Below, one piece after another: positions 1 to 12,300 of a stretch of DNA of 64,000 bases. A program made the position numbers and the translations under genes. The DNA is from an uncultured Nitrospiraceae bacterium (lineage in GTDB: Bacteria > Nitrospirota > Thermodesulfovibrionia > Thermodesulfovibrionales > UBA6898). The stretch covers positions 800,001-864,000 of the forward strand of contig CAWEQH010000004.1 of NCBI GenBank assembly GCA_963811165.1, in the 5' to 3' direction. The notes below the pieces were generated by a model. The model made no database searches and was not told the origin of the DNA. It saw only the letters and a list, made by a program, of their open reading frames with translations. How positions within the stretch are numbered: position 1 is the stretch's first letter; each line of letters starts with the position of its first letter.

Positions 1-3000
1 TATTTTTTGATAACGCCTCTGAGGGCGTTCGCCAGACTATCCCGGGATTTACGGGGGGAACCATCTCGACTCAGGCGCTCCCGCCGGCCCCGCCCGCCAT
101 TACCGGCGTGACACCACCGACAGGACCTGCTGCAGGCGGCACAAGCATCACCATAAGCGGGACGAATTTTATTAATGTCACGGCCGTTGAAGTAGGCGGC
201 ACGCCTGTGCTTGATCTCGTTGTTGACAATTCGGCACAGATCACTGCCGAGACACCACCGGGTCTTACCGGTCCTGCGGATGTCATCGTGATGACTACCT
301 CCGGTATGACCACCTTTTCCAATGGGTTTACCTACACAGGTCCTCCGGTTATCGACTCTATTACTCCCGCGTATGGTGCACAGACGGGCGGCACGCTGTT
401 TACTGTCAAGGGCAGGGGGTTTGAGACGACGAGCACGATAAGCATCGGCGGGGCCCTGTGTACCGGTATCACATTTGTCGATTCCTCGACACTTACGGCA
501 ATGACCCCTGCGGGAACGCCCGGAGACGCCAATGTGGATGTGACCAACTCGCAGGGGACCACGACTGTCCATAACGGATTCTTTTATCTTTCGTCGTCCA
601 ACACGATTCGCATGAATTTCACCTATGCCAGCCGGACGGCACTCCTCGCGGCCGGATGGGACTTTCTTGCAAGGACGTCTTTGGGAGCGACGCGCGACAC
701 TGAACAGACCAGCGGGTTGGTCGTCTCCTATGACCAGACAGCCCATCCCGGTGTTCTTCGGATACCGATAGACGCAGGAGACATCTGGGAGGGCACGAAC
801 GACTCGAGAAACACCCTCTTCTACAGCCTGCCGGACGTCTGGCGCAGCATAAGGCTCAAAGCTTCCGGCATCAGCCTGAACGATGATAATCAGGAGGTCT
901 GTGTCGTCGCCTATCAGGACGACGACAACTACGTGCTTCTCTGCAGGGCTTTCAATAGTGACGCTCCGGGGAACCAGGTACTCGAATTTGGAGCAGAGAG
1001 TCTTGGCTCCTATGACGTTATTACCCGGGTCGCCGCCGCCGGTTCTGTCTGTTATTTGAGACTTGACAGAGACGTTTCTGGCAATGTCTTTTCTGCCTTT
1101 GCCTCGACTGACGGAGTGAACTGGGGTCCCTTGTCAGGAAGTGTGACAAGGACGCTCACAAGCCCTCGCCTGGGCATCCTTGCCGGTGCGAACGGATCAA
1201 CCACGTCATTCCCCACGGCAGACATCCAATTTGCAGAAATAGTAGCGTTTGTAGCTGATCCTCTCCCGCCCACAGTGAGCAGTGTCAGTCCTCCGAGCGG
1301 GTCGACGGCGGGAGGGACGGTGGTGCAGATAAGCGGCACCGGGTTTGTGCCGGGGAGCACGGTAAAAATCGGAGGGACGAGTGCGACGAGTGTGATAGTG
1401 AACAGTGATATCAGCATCAGCGCCGTGACGCCTGCGAATGCTGCGGGTGCAGCTGATGTTGCGATAACGAACACAAACGGAACGGGGACTCTGACGGGAG
1501 GGTTTATCTATTATACGCCTGGCAGCACCCTTTTCTCTGATGACTTCAACGACGGTAATGCGACCGGCTGGACGATTTCGCCGCTGGGGAATGGGACAGC
1601 CTGGAGCGTGGTCAGCGGGGCATATACAAATATACCTCCCCCGGTACTGGTTAAGCAATTCCTATACAGGGAATGCCTCATGGAGCGATTATACCCTTCA
1701 GGCAGACATACGTTGTCCACGTTGAGCGATTGGCCGGGCGGGATACGGGGCCGGGTGAACCCTGCGAGCGGCGCCGGTTATGCCGCATGGCTCTATCCGG
1801 CAGAGGGAGGTATCATACTGTTTAGTGTTGTAGATTGGGATATCGACAACGGGTATACTGAGTTGGGACGTGTAGACGGAATCACCTTTGACACTACCAG
1901 TTTTCACACTCTTGGGCTCAGTTTCACGGGCAGTACAATCAAGGTGTACTTTGACGGCCTCCTGGTGATCACTGCCACAGACACCACCTATAACAGCGGG
2001 CTGATCGCCCTTGATGTAAGCAATCAGACCGTCGAGTTCGATAACATAAGCGTGGTCTTCGGCACACCCGTATTCCCGCCGGCCATCAGCAGCATCAACC
2101 CGCCGAGCGGGTCTACGGCGGGCGGCACGGTGGTGCAGATAAACGGCAGCGGGTTCATCTCGGGTAGCACGGTAACAATCGGAGGAGTGAGCGCGACGGG
2201 TGTAGTGATCAATAGTTCAACCAGCATTACCGCGACGACGCCCGCGGGCACTTCGGGTGCGGCTGATGTCGTGGTAACAAATACAAATGGAACGGGGACT
2301 CTGACGGGAGGATTTACGTACTATACACCCGGCAGCACCCTTTTCACGGATGACTTTAATGACGGCAATGCCAATGGCTGGACGATTTCGCCGCTGGGGA
2401 ATGCATCAGGGTGGAGCGTTGTCGGTGGGATATATACATACAATGGCAGTGGTCTTACTAACTCCTATACGGGATCCGCCTCATGGAGCGATTACACCCT
2501 TGTGGCGGGTATCAAGCTGTCTTCGCTGTCGGATCTCCCGGGTGGGATACGGGGGCGGGTGAACCTGGCTTCGGGCGCCGGTTATGCGGTCTGGCTCTAC
2601 CCGGCAGAAGGACAGATCAAGCTGTTCCGTGCAACAGGGTGGGACATCGACAGCGTTGGACAGACGCAGCTGGGACCTACTGCCAACGGAATAACCTTTG
2701 ACACGAATTTCCACTCGGTCTGGCTGAATTTCAGCGGCACCACTATCACCGTATATTTTGACGGAACGCCGGTAATCACCGCGAGCGATGCAACCTATGG
2801 CAGCGGGGTGATCGCCCTTGATGTGAACAACCAGCCAATACAGTTTGATAACGTGAGTGTGATCTTTGGTATCCCTGTATTGCCGCCGGCAGTGAGCAGC
2901 GTCAGCCCTCCGAGCGGGTCCACATTGGGCGGCACGGCGGTGCAGATAAACGGCAGCGGATTTATCTCGGGAAGCACGGTGACAATCGGTGGGGCAAGTG

Positions 3001-6000
3001 CGACGGGAGTCGTAGTCAATGGTGCTACCAGCATAAGCGCAGTGACGCCTTCGGGCGGTGCAGGGGGGGCTGATGTAGTAGTGACGAATGCCAATGGCAC
3101 AGGGACCCTGACCGGGGGATTTGAGTATATTACTCCGGGCAGTACCCTCTTGTCAGATGACTTTTCAGGAGGGGCGGGCGCCTGGACGATATCGCCGCTG
3201 GGGATTCTGGCAAACTGGAATGCATCAGGTGATGTACTCTCATACAATGGCGGCGGTTTAAGCAATGTATACCGGGGAGATCCTTTCTGGAGTGATTACA
3301 GCTTCCAGGCGGACATAAGGTTGTACACACTGGACAACTGGCCTGGCGGAATACGGGGTCGAGTGAATCCCACGACAGGTGCAGGGTATGCGGTATGGCT
3401 TTATCCCGCAGATGGTTATATCAAGCTGTTCAACGCGCCGAAGTGGGACATCAATGATGCTTCCACTCAATTATTAATGGATGTCGGAGGGATTAGCTTT
3501 GACACAACGAGTTTTCACACAGTGGGGATGACGTTCTCGGGCTCGACCATCAAGGTCTATTACGACGGCGCTCTGGTGATCACGGCCACGGATTCAACCT
3601 ATACCAGCGGGCTGATCGCCCTCGATGTGAGCGACCAGCCCGTTGATTTCGACAATGTGATCGTCACTACTGATAAAGCGAATCAAACGATCGCAGTGAC
3701 GACCCATGCCCCGGTCAGCGCGGCGTACAACTCGACCTTCAATGTGGCTGCGACAGCGAGTTCAGGGCTTGATGTAGCGATCACATCGTCGGGGTCTTGC
3801 AGCGGCACCGGCACCGGCTCGGCCATTATCACTATGACGAGCAGCACTGGCGCCTGCTCGGTGAACTACAACCAGGCTGGTGACAGCATTTACAACGGAG
3901 CACCCCAGGTTAGCGAGACGACCACGGCCCAGATGGCCAACCAGACGATCAGCTTTGGAGCATTGGGTGACAAGACCTATGGTGATTCACCGTTTACAGT
4001 TAGTGCGACGGCGACATCGGGGTTGACGGTGAGCTTCAGCAGCCAGACCACTTCGGTCTGTACGGTCACCGGAACTACCGTGACGATAGTAGCGAGCGGT
4101 ATCTGTACGGTAAGGGCGTCACAGGGCGGCAACAGCAATTATAACGCAGCGCCCAATGTTGACCAGCCTTTTACGATCAACAAAGCGAACCAGGCAACGG
4201 TGACAGTCAATGCGACGAGTCCGCTGACCTATGGTGGCTCTACGGGGACAGCGACGGCCTCAGGGGGCAGTGGGACGGGGGCGTATAGCTACAGCGCGGG
4301 GGGATCGACGGCGTGCAGCGTAAACTCATCAACGGGTGTAATAACGGTGACGAGCGGTACGGGTACGTGCTCGATAACCGCGACGAGGGCTGGTGACAGC
4401 AATTACAACGTGTCGGCAGTAAGCGCAGCGGCAAATGTGACGATCAACAAAGCGAACCAGGCAACGGTGACAGTCAATGCGACGAGTCCTCTGACCTATG
4501 GTGGCTCTACGGGGACAGCGACGGCCTCAGGGGGCAGCGGGACGGGGGCGTACAACTACAGCGCAGGATCATCGACGGCATGCAGCGTAGGCCTGACTAC
4601 GGGAGTGATCACCGTGACGAGCGGCACAGGCACGTGTGCGATCACCGCGACAAGGCTTGGCGACAGCAATTACAATGTATCAGCAGTAAGCGCAGCGGCA
4701 AATGTGACGATCAACAAAGCGAACCAGGCAACGGTGACAGTCAATGCGACGAGTCCGCTGACCTATGGTGGCTCTACGGGGACAGCGACGGCCTCAGGGG
4801 GCAGCGGGACGGGGGCGTACAACTACAGCGCAGGATCATCGACGGCATGCAGCGTAGGCCTGACTACGGGAGTGATCACCGTGACGAGCGGCACAGGCAC
4901 GTGTGCGATCACCGCGACAAGGCTTGGCGACAGCAATTACAATGTATCAGCAGTAAGCGCAGCGGCAAATGTGACGATCAACAAAGCGAACCAGGCAACG
5001 GTGACAGTCAATGCGACGAGTCCTCTGACCTATGGTGGCTCTACGGGGACAGCGACGGCCTCAGGGGGCAGCGGGACGGGGGCGTACAACTACAGCGCAG
5101 GATCATCGACGGCATGCAGCGTAGGCCTGACTACGGGAGTGATCACCGTGACGAGCGGCACAGGCACGTGTGCGATCACCGCGACAAGGCTTGGCGACAG
5201 CAATTACAATGTATCAGCAGTAAGCGCAGCGGCAAATGTGACGATCAACAAAGCGAACCAGGCAACGGTGACAGTCAATGCGACGAGTCCGCTGACCTAT
5301 GGTGGCTCTACGGGGACAGCGACGGCCTCAGGGGGCAGCGGGACGGGGGCGTACAACTACAGCGCAGGATCATCGACGGCATGCAGCGTAGGCCTGACTA
5401 CGGGAGTGATCACCGTGACGAGCGGCACAGGCACGTGTGCGATCACCGCGACAAGGCTTGGCGACAGCAATTACAATGTATCAGCAGTAAGCGCAGCGGC
5501 AAATGTGACGATCAACAAAGCGAACCAGGCAACGGTGACAGTCATTGCGACGAGTCCGCTGACCTATGGCGGCTCTACGGGGACAGCGACGGCCTCAGGG
5601 GGCAGTGGGACAGGGGCATACAGCTATAGCGCGGGGGCATCGACGGCATGCAGTGTGAATGCTGTTACGGGTGTAATAACGATGACGAGCGGGACAGGAA
5701 CGTGTTCGATCACGGCGACTAGAGCCGGAGACAGTAACTATAACACTTCTGCGGCAAGCGCAGCGGCAAATGTGACGATCAACAAGGCGAACCAGGCAAT
5801 CACCTTCGGAGCGCTTCCGGACAAAACAGCTGATGATGTACCTTTTGCAGTAAGCGCGACGTCGGATTCGGGGCTGGCGGTAAGTTTCAGCAGCTTGACG
5901 ACAGGAGTATGTACAGTAACACCAGATGGCACAGTAACGCTCACACACACGTCGGTAGATACGTGCACGATTCGGGCCTCGCAGGGTGGCAACGAGAATT

Positions 6001-6287
6001 ATAACGCGGCACCCGATGTTGATCAGTCCTTTGCGGTGAATGCGGGACCTGTTTGGAGAGAATTTGGCGGGATTCCAGTATATTACTACTCCACTATTCA
6101 GGCTGCCTTTGACGGTGCAGCAGATCAGGATGTGATTCAGACTCAGTTGATCTCGATTGAAGAAATCGATTTTAGACCGCCTGCCTGGATATCCATCACG
6201 TTGCAAGCGCCCGCAGGACATGCCGCAGTGAAGTCCATGACCATCACCAATGGGGCGGTAACGGTTGACGGACTGTGGATCCAGTGA
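1..6287 (+). CDS. Giant surface protein, 5'-partial: IPT/TIG repeats, ConA/LamG-like beta-sandwich domains, Ig-like tandem repeats, conserved C-terminal domain
   Basis: The frame of ORF 108..6287 is open back to nt 3 (FFDNASEGVRQTIPGFTGG), matching FFDNASEGVPHSLSGFVGG in the next gene, so the real start lies outside the window. IPT motifs (P.SG.TAGGT.V.I.G.GF) and FSDDFNDG...FDNV domains recur. Confidence 0.85.
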   Translation, partial: FFDNASEGVRQTIPGFTGGTISTQALPPAPPAITGVTPPTGPAAGGTSITISGTNFINVTAVEVGGTPVLDLVVDNSAQITAETPPGLTGPADVIVMTTSGMTTFSNGFTYTGPPVIDSITPAYGAQTGGTLFTVKGRGFETTSTISIGGALCTGITFVDSSTLTAMTPAGTPGDANVDVTNSQGTTTVHNGFFYLSSSNTIRMNFTYASRTALLAAGWDFLARTSLGATRDTEQTSGLVVSYDQTAHPGVLRIPIDAGDIWEGTNDSRNTLFYSLPDVWRSIRLKASGISLNDDNQEVCVVAYQDDDNYVLLCRAFNSDAPGNQVLEFGAESLGSYDVITRVAAAGSVCYLRLDRDVSGNVFSAFASTDGVNWGPLSGSVTRTLTSPRLGILAGANGSTTSFPTADIQFAEIVAFVADPLPPTVSSVSPPSGSTAGGTVVQISGTGFVPGSTVKIGGTSATSVIVNSDISISAVTPANAAGAADVAITNTNGTGTLTGGFIYYTPGSTLFSDDFNDGNATGWTISPLGNGTAWSVVSGAYTNIPPPVLVKQFLYRECLMERLYPSGRHTLSTLSDWPGGIRGRVNPASGAGYAAWLYPAEGGIILFSVVDWDIDNGYTELGRVDGITFDTTSFHTLGLSFTGSTIKVYFDGLLVITATDTTYNSGLIALDVSNQTVEFDNISVVFGTPVFPPAISSINPPSGSTAGGTVVQINGSGFISGSTVTIGGVSATGVVINSSTSITATTPAGTSGAADVVVTNTNGTGTLTGGFTYYTPGSTLFTDDFNDGNANGWTISPLGNASGWSVVGGIYTYNGSGLTNSYTGSASWSDYTLVAGIKLSSLSDLPGGIRGRVNLASGAGYAVWLYPAEGQIKLFRATGWDIDSVGQTQLGPTANGITFDTNFHSVWLNFSGTTITVYFDGTPVITASDATYGSGVIALDVNNQPIQFDNVSVIFGIPVLPPAVSSVSPPSGSTLGGTAVQINGSGFISGSTVTIGGASATGVVVNGATSISAVTPSGGAGGADVVVTNANGTGTLTGGFEYITPGSTLLSDDFSGGAGAWTISPLGILANWNASGDVLSYNGGGLSNVYRGDPFWSDYSFQADIRLYTLDNWPGGIRGRVNPTTGAGYAVWLYPADGYIKLFNAPKWDINDASTQLLMDVGGISFDTTSFHTVGMTFSGSTIKVYYDGALVITATDSTYTSGLIALDVSDQPVDFDNVIVTTDKANQTIAVTTHAPVSAAYNSTFNVAATASSGLDVAITSSGSCSGTGTGSAIITMTSSTGACSVNYNQAGDSIYNGAPQVSETTTAQMANQTISFGALGDKTYGDSPFTVSATATSGLTVSFSSQTTSVCTVTGTTVTIVASGICTVRASQGGNSNYNAAPNVDQPFTINKANQATVTVNATSPLTYGGSTGTATASGGSGTGAYSYSAGGSTACSVNSSTGVITVTSGTGTCSITATRAGDSNYNVSAVSAAANVTINKANQATVTVNATSPLTYGGSTGTATASGGSGTGAYNYSAGSSTACSVGLTTGVITVTSGTGTCAITATRLGDSNYNVSAVSAAANVTINKANQATVTVNATSPLTYGGSTGTATASGGSGTGAYNYSAGSSTACSVGLTTGVITVTSGTGTCAITATRLGDSNYNVSAVSAAANVTINKANQATVTVNATSPLTYGGSTGTATASGGSGTGAYNYSAGSSTACSVGLTTGVITVTSGTGTCAITATRLGDSNYNVSAVSAAANVTINKANQATVTVNATSPLTYGGSTGTATASGGSGTGAYNYSAGSSTACSVGLTTGVITVTSGTGTCAITATRLGDSNYNVSAVSAAANVTINKANQATVTVIATSPLTYGGSTGTATASGGSGTGAYSYSAGASTACSVNAVTGVITMTSGTGTCSITATRAGDSNYNTSAASAAANVTINKANQAITFGALPDKTADDVPFAVSATSDSGLAVSFSSLTTGVCTVTPDGTVTLTHTSVDTCTIRASQGGNENYNAAPDVDQSFAVNAGPVWREFGGIPVYYYSTIQAAFDGAADQDVIQTQLISIEEIDFRPPAWISITLQAPAGHAAVKSMTITNGAVTVDGLWIQ
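4173..5774 (+). repeat. Six tandem 267-bp (89-aa) in-frame Ig-like repeats
   Basis: ACGATCAACAA(A/G)GCGAACCAGGCAA begins at 4173, 4440, 4707, 4974, 5241, 5508 and 5775. Units 2-5 are near-identical. Confidence 0.95.
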
Positions 6288-6374
6288 TGAGAAAAGTGAG
6301 AGACAGATACTGTGAACATTCTTGAAGCATAGAGTCGATTGAATAATGTAAATGTACGAGGCAGGAGGGATAAA

Positions 6375-9300
6375 ATGAGGCGACTTTTTGTTGCAATACT
6401 GGCAGGGGTATGCTTTTTAGGGTATGCGGGGGGTGCATTTTGTCAGGATTATAACCTTACCGTTGCCGTGCTCGTGAATTCTACCAATACCAGCGGATAC
6501 AACACGAACGCCGCCAGTCCTGGCGAATATCAGCGGTACCCGGAAAGATACCTGGAGCATTTACAGGTACCTTATAAAGTGTTCGATGTGTCGGTGCAAT
6601 CACCGCCGGCAGACCTTTCCTCCAGGCAGTTGATTCTGATAGGCCACAGCGGAGTCAACTTGCCTTCCCAGTGGCAGACAGCGGTCATAAGCGCTGTCGC
6701 AGGCGGCACCGGCCTCGTGAACCTGGACTGGAGTGTAAACATCGGTTCTAGCTCTTATATCCAGACTATCTTCGGTGCGAGCGGATCGCATGCGGGGACT
6801 CCGGGGACATCCATAACCGTTCCGCTATCGGTCGCGCCGGGAGGAGTGAACGCTCATTACATTGCGGCAATGCAGAAGAAGTTTCTCGGGGATCCCTCGG
6901 GAGATTTTGTGTACAAATTCCACGTAGACCAAAACGGCTCGCTGAAGACCGCGACGAGCACGGTGCTTACGAATGCCGGGGGGATTGTAATCGCCAGAAT
7001 CGGTTCCGATCCTCTTATTGTTGCGACCACATACGGCTCTGGAAGGGCGGTTCATTTCGGAACCCTGGACTACCTGAGGGCTGACCGCTTCGGCTTCTTG
7101 ATGGGGATCGACGACCTTTTCTGGCGGAGCCTCGTCTGGGCCGCCCGCAAGCCATTTGTCCTCAGAGGATATCCAAGACTCTGGGCAGTGCAGATGGACG
7201 ACACGGATGTCGGCTGGGGATTAAGGATACGCGATGTCTACGACCCGACTTTCACCGGCACGGTTGCGCCTGACGGCACCGGCGGTCCCTGGAAGCTCAC
7301 CGGATTTCTTTATACCGATGACCTGCCGGCAGGCGGAGCGGAGAGGGCTTCGGTCACTGCCGACATCCGACAGGGACTCCTCAAGGTGGCGCCTCATACG
7401 TTCGGCGGAGTTACCTACGGCAATCTGTATTGGAACGATGGCAGTGGAGCACTCACCGACACCCAGTGGTCAGCGAATCTCACGCAGGTCCTCCAATGGA
7501 AACAAGGAAATGGAGGAAACGATACGATCCCGTCCTTGTCCCGCTCTCTGGTGGCCCACTACTGGGATATAAGTGACAATACAGGATACGACCTATGGAA
7601 CAGCCTTGGTTTCAGGTACATCACCTCTATTCAGAAGCCCGGCTTCCAGGACAACGCGGATGTAACTATAAATGGAGGAGCCGAGCGACCCCATGCAAGG
7701 CCTTTCTGGCTCTACGAGCAGCCTCCAAAAACAGTGGCTGATGAGGATTACTCCCTTTTCTTTGCCGATGACTATCCTGTCAACAGCCGGTCTGGGTATC
7801 CATCGAAGACGTTTTTCCTTTTCGCGTCACAGTTGCACGATCCGGGGCTGAACTATCCGAGGGTGGATGCCATCTGGCCATCAAGCAGTTATGGCTTTGC
7901 CCCGGCCGACAGCATAGCCCAGTTTGAGCGGTATACATGGCGCTTCTGGTCGTGCCTCGCACCAGTGCAGCTCTTTACCCATGACTACTACAATTACGAA
8001 TGGGCGTCGGCTTCCGACAGGCAACAGGTCATCGTGCAGGTTTCCTCATGGCTCCAGAGCCTGGGGGTCCGTCATGCATTTATGGAAGAGCTTGGCGACT
8101 ATATCTACAGCAGGAACAAATCGGTTCTAACCGATGTCCAGGTCTCCGGCAACAATATCACCTATACATTTACGGGGAATTCCGCCACCGCGGATGGCAC
8201 CCTTGTGAATACAAATGCGCTCGTTTTCTTCGATAATGCCTCTGAAGGAGTGCCGCACTCTCTCTCGGGTTTTGTCGGAGGTATCACTTATACGCTCCAG
8301 CTGCCCCAGGCACCACCGGTTATCAACAGTGTAACCCCATCAACCGGCTCTGTTACGGGGGGGACGAGCATCACCATAAACGGCGCTAATTTCGTAAATG
8401 TCATGGCAGTCAAAGTAGGAGGCAATCCCGTCACCAATTTGGCTGTCGGCAGTTCTTCGCAGATCACTGCGACGACACCTTCCGGCGTCACGGGTTCTGC
8501 GGATGTCGTGGTGGTGACCGCATCAGGGATGACTACCCTTGCAAACGGTTTTACCTATCTGGGCCTTCCCGTTATCGATTCTGTCACCCCCGGGTTTGGC
8601 CCGCAGGCGGGGGGTACGCAGGTTACCATTATAGGCAGAGGGTTTGATGCTACGAGTACCGTAACTGTCGGCGGTGTTCCGGCTACGGGTGTTGTCGTTA
8701 CAGATTCCGCGACCCTGACGGCAATGACGCCCGCGGGTGTCCCGGGGCCTGCCGGTGTGACAGTCACGAATGCACAGGGTGCGACAACACTGTCGGGAGG
8801 GTTCTTCTATCTGTCAGCATCGGACACCATTCACATGGACTTCAAGTATGCCAACCGATCGGCATTATTGAGTGCCGGATGGGATTTCATCGCGAGGACA
8901 TATTCAGGAATCTCACGGAATACGGAACAGACAAGTGGTCTGGTGGTCTCCTACGACCAGACCGCACACCCGGGGACGATCCGAATACCGGTCGGTCCGG
9001 GGGATATGTGGGAGAATACAAACGACTCCCAAAATACCCTCTTTTTCAACCTCCCGGACAACTGGAACAGCATTAATCTGAAAATTGTGAGTTTCAGCCC
9101 CACGGCAGATTTTCAACAGGTCGGTCTCCTGGCCTATCAGGATGATGACAATTATGTGTCAGTGAGCCGGTACTACAGTAGCGGACTGTCATACAAGCAG
9201 ACAGTGGAGTTTGGCATCGAAGACTCCGGCTACTATAACGTAACCGATCAGAGACAGGCTCCTTCAGGCGCGGTTATCTATTTGCGGCTGGATAGGGATC

Positions 9301-12300
9301 CGTCCACCGATGTAATTTCCGCTTTCAGTTCAACCGACGGCAATACATGGACATCTCTGTCAGGAAGCATTACAAAGACTCTTGTGAAGCCTCGCCTATG
9401 CATACTGATCGGTGCTAATTTATCAGGGACATCACCCAACGCCGATCTCGGATATGTTGAAATTGTGGCACACAATAGTACACCACCCGCTCCGACGGTC
9501 ACGGCCATATCACCCACGAGCGGGCCGACAGCAGGAGGCACGACAGTACAGATCAGCGGTACGGGGTTCATCGCGGGCAGCACGGTTAAGATAGGGACAG
9601 TAGCTGCGACGGGTGTAGTTGTCAATAGTGCCACCAGTATAAGCGCCGTGACGCCTGCGGGAACTGCAGGTGCTGCGAATGTAGTAGTGACGAACACGAA
9701 CGGGACAGGCACCTTCTCCGGTGGGTTCACCTATGTGGCTCCAATACCGCCGACGGTCACGGGTATATCACCGGCGAGCGGGCCGACAGCAGGAGGGACG
9801 GCAGTACAGATCAGCGGTACGGGGTTCATTGCGGGAAGCACGGTTAAGATAGGGACAGTCGCTGCGACGGGCGTAGTCGTAAACAGTACAACCAGCATCA
9901 GTGCCGTGACGCCTGCCGGGACTGCAGGTGCAGCGGATGTAGTAGTGACGAACACGAACGGGACAGGCACACTAACAGGCGGGTTTACCTATGTGGCATC
10001 CGGCGGTACGCTTTTTTCGGATGACTTTAATGATGGCAATGCCAATGGGTGGACAATCTCGCCGCTGGGGAATGCAGCCGGGTGGAGCGTTGTGGGAGGT
10101 GTGTATACCTACAACGGTGGAGGCCACACCCAGTCTTATACGGGAGACGCCACCTGGGCTGACTATACCATACAAGCAGACATAGAGTTATCTTCATTAA
10201 GCAACTGGCCCGGAGGCATACGCGGTCGGGTAAACCCTGCTACGGGTGCCGGGTATGTCGTCTGGCTGTACCCTGCTAACGGGCAGATCGTGCTTTGGAG
10301 GGCAACGGGATGGAATATCGATAGCCCTGGGTTGACACAGTTAGGTACAGCCGGAGGAATCGCCTTTGACACTTCGAATTTTCACACAGTACGGATAACA
10401 TTTGCCGGATCAACGATTACCGTATACTACGACGGTGCGTTGGTGATCACTGCCGCGGATGCAACGTATAGCAGCGGTTTGATCGCCCTTGACGTGTCCA
10501 ACCAGCCTGTCAGCTTCGACAATGTGACAGTAATATCGGGTAGCCCTTTGCCACCCGCTCCGACGGTCACGGGCATATCACCCACGAGCGGGCCGACAGC
10601 AGGAGGCACGGCAGTACAGATAACCGGCAGCGGGTTTATCACAGGGAGTACGGTTAAGATAGGGACAGTCGCTGCGACGGGCGTAGTCGTAAACAGTACA
10701 ACCAGCATCAGTGCCGTGACGCCTGCCGGAACTGCCGGTGCGGCGGATGTAGTAGTGACGAACACGAACGGGACAGGCACCCTTACCGGAGGATTTACCT
10801 ACTTAGCACCGCCGTCAGCCCCGACGGTCACGGGCATATCACCCACGAGCGGGCCGACAGCAGGAGGCACGGCAGTACAGATCAGCGGTACGGGGTTCAT
10901 CGCGGGGAGCACGGTCACGATAGGGGGCGCAAGTGCGACGGGTGTAGTTGTCAATAGTGCCACCAGTATAAGCGCCGTGACGCCTGCGGGAACTGCAGGT
11001 GCTGCGAATGTAGTAGTGACGAACACGAACGGGACAGGCACCTTCTCCGGTGGGTTCGTCTATGTGGCTCCAATACCGCCGACGGTCACGGGCATATCAC
11101 CCGCGAGCGGGCCGACCGGTGGAGGGACGGCAGTACAGATCAGCGGTACCGGGTTTATTACAGGGAGTACGGTCACGATAGGGGGCGCAAGTGCGACGGG
11201 TGTAGTTGTCAATAGTGCCACCAGTATAAGCGCCGTGACGCCTGCCGGGACTGCAGGTGCAGCGGATGTAGTAGTGACGAACACGAACGGGACAGGCACA
11301 CTAACGGGTGGGTTCACCTATGTGGCATCCGGCGGTACGCTTTTTTCGGATGACTTTAATGATGGCAATGCCAATGGGTGGACAATCTCGCCGCTGGGGA
11401 ATGCAGCCGGGTGGAGCGTTGTGGGAGGTGTGTATACCTACAACGGTGGAGGCCACACCCAGTCTTATACGGGAGACGCCACCTGGGCTGACTATACCAT
11501 ACAAGCAGACATAGAGTTATCTTCATTAAGCAACTGGCCCGGAGGCATACGCGGTCGGGTAAACCCTGATACGGGTGCCGGGTATGCCGTCTGGCTGTAC
11601 CCTGCTAACGGGCAGATCGTGCTTTGGAGGGCAACGGGATGGAATATCGATAGCCCTGGGTTGACACAGTTAGGTACAGCCGGAGGAATCGCCTTTGACA
11701 CTTCGAATTTTCACACAGTACGGATAACATTTGCCGGATCAACGATTACCGTATACTACGACGGTGCGTTGGTGATCACTGCCGCGGATGCAACGTATAG
11801 CAGCGGCTTGATCGACCTTGACGTGTCCAACCAGCCTGTCAGCTTCGACAATGTGACAGTAATATCGGGTAGCCCTTTGCCACCCGCTCCGACGGTCACG
11901 GGCATATCACCCACGAGCGGGCCGACAGCGGGAGGCACGGCAGTACAGATCAGCGGTACGGGGTTCATCGCGGGAAGCACGGTTAAGATAGGGACAGTCG
12001 CTGCGACGGGCGTAGTCGTAAACAGTACAACCAGCATCAGTGCCGTGACCCCTGCCGGGACTGCAGGTGCAGCGGATGTAGTAGTGACGAACACGAACGG
12101 AACAGGCACCCTTACCGGAGGATTTACCTACTTAGCACCGCCGTCAGCCCCGACAGTCAGCAGCATATCACCGGCGAGCGGGCCGACCGGTGGAGGGACG
12201 GCAGTACAGATAACCGGCAGCGGGTTTATTACAGGGAGTACGGTCACGATAGGGGGCGCAAGTGCGACGGGTGTAGTTGTCAATAGTGCCACCAGTATAA

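Noticed and set aside
4580..5629. 349-aa alternative-frame ORF (MQRRPDYG repeats)
   Set aside because: Shadow of the 267-bp coding repeat: one stop-free unit repeated in another frame.
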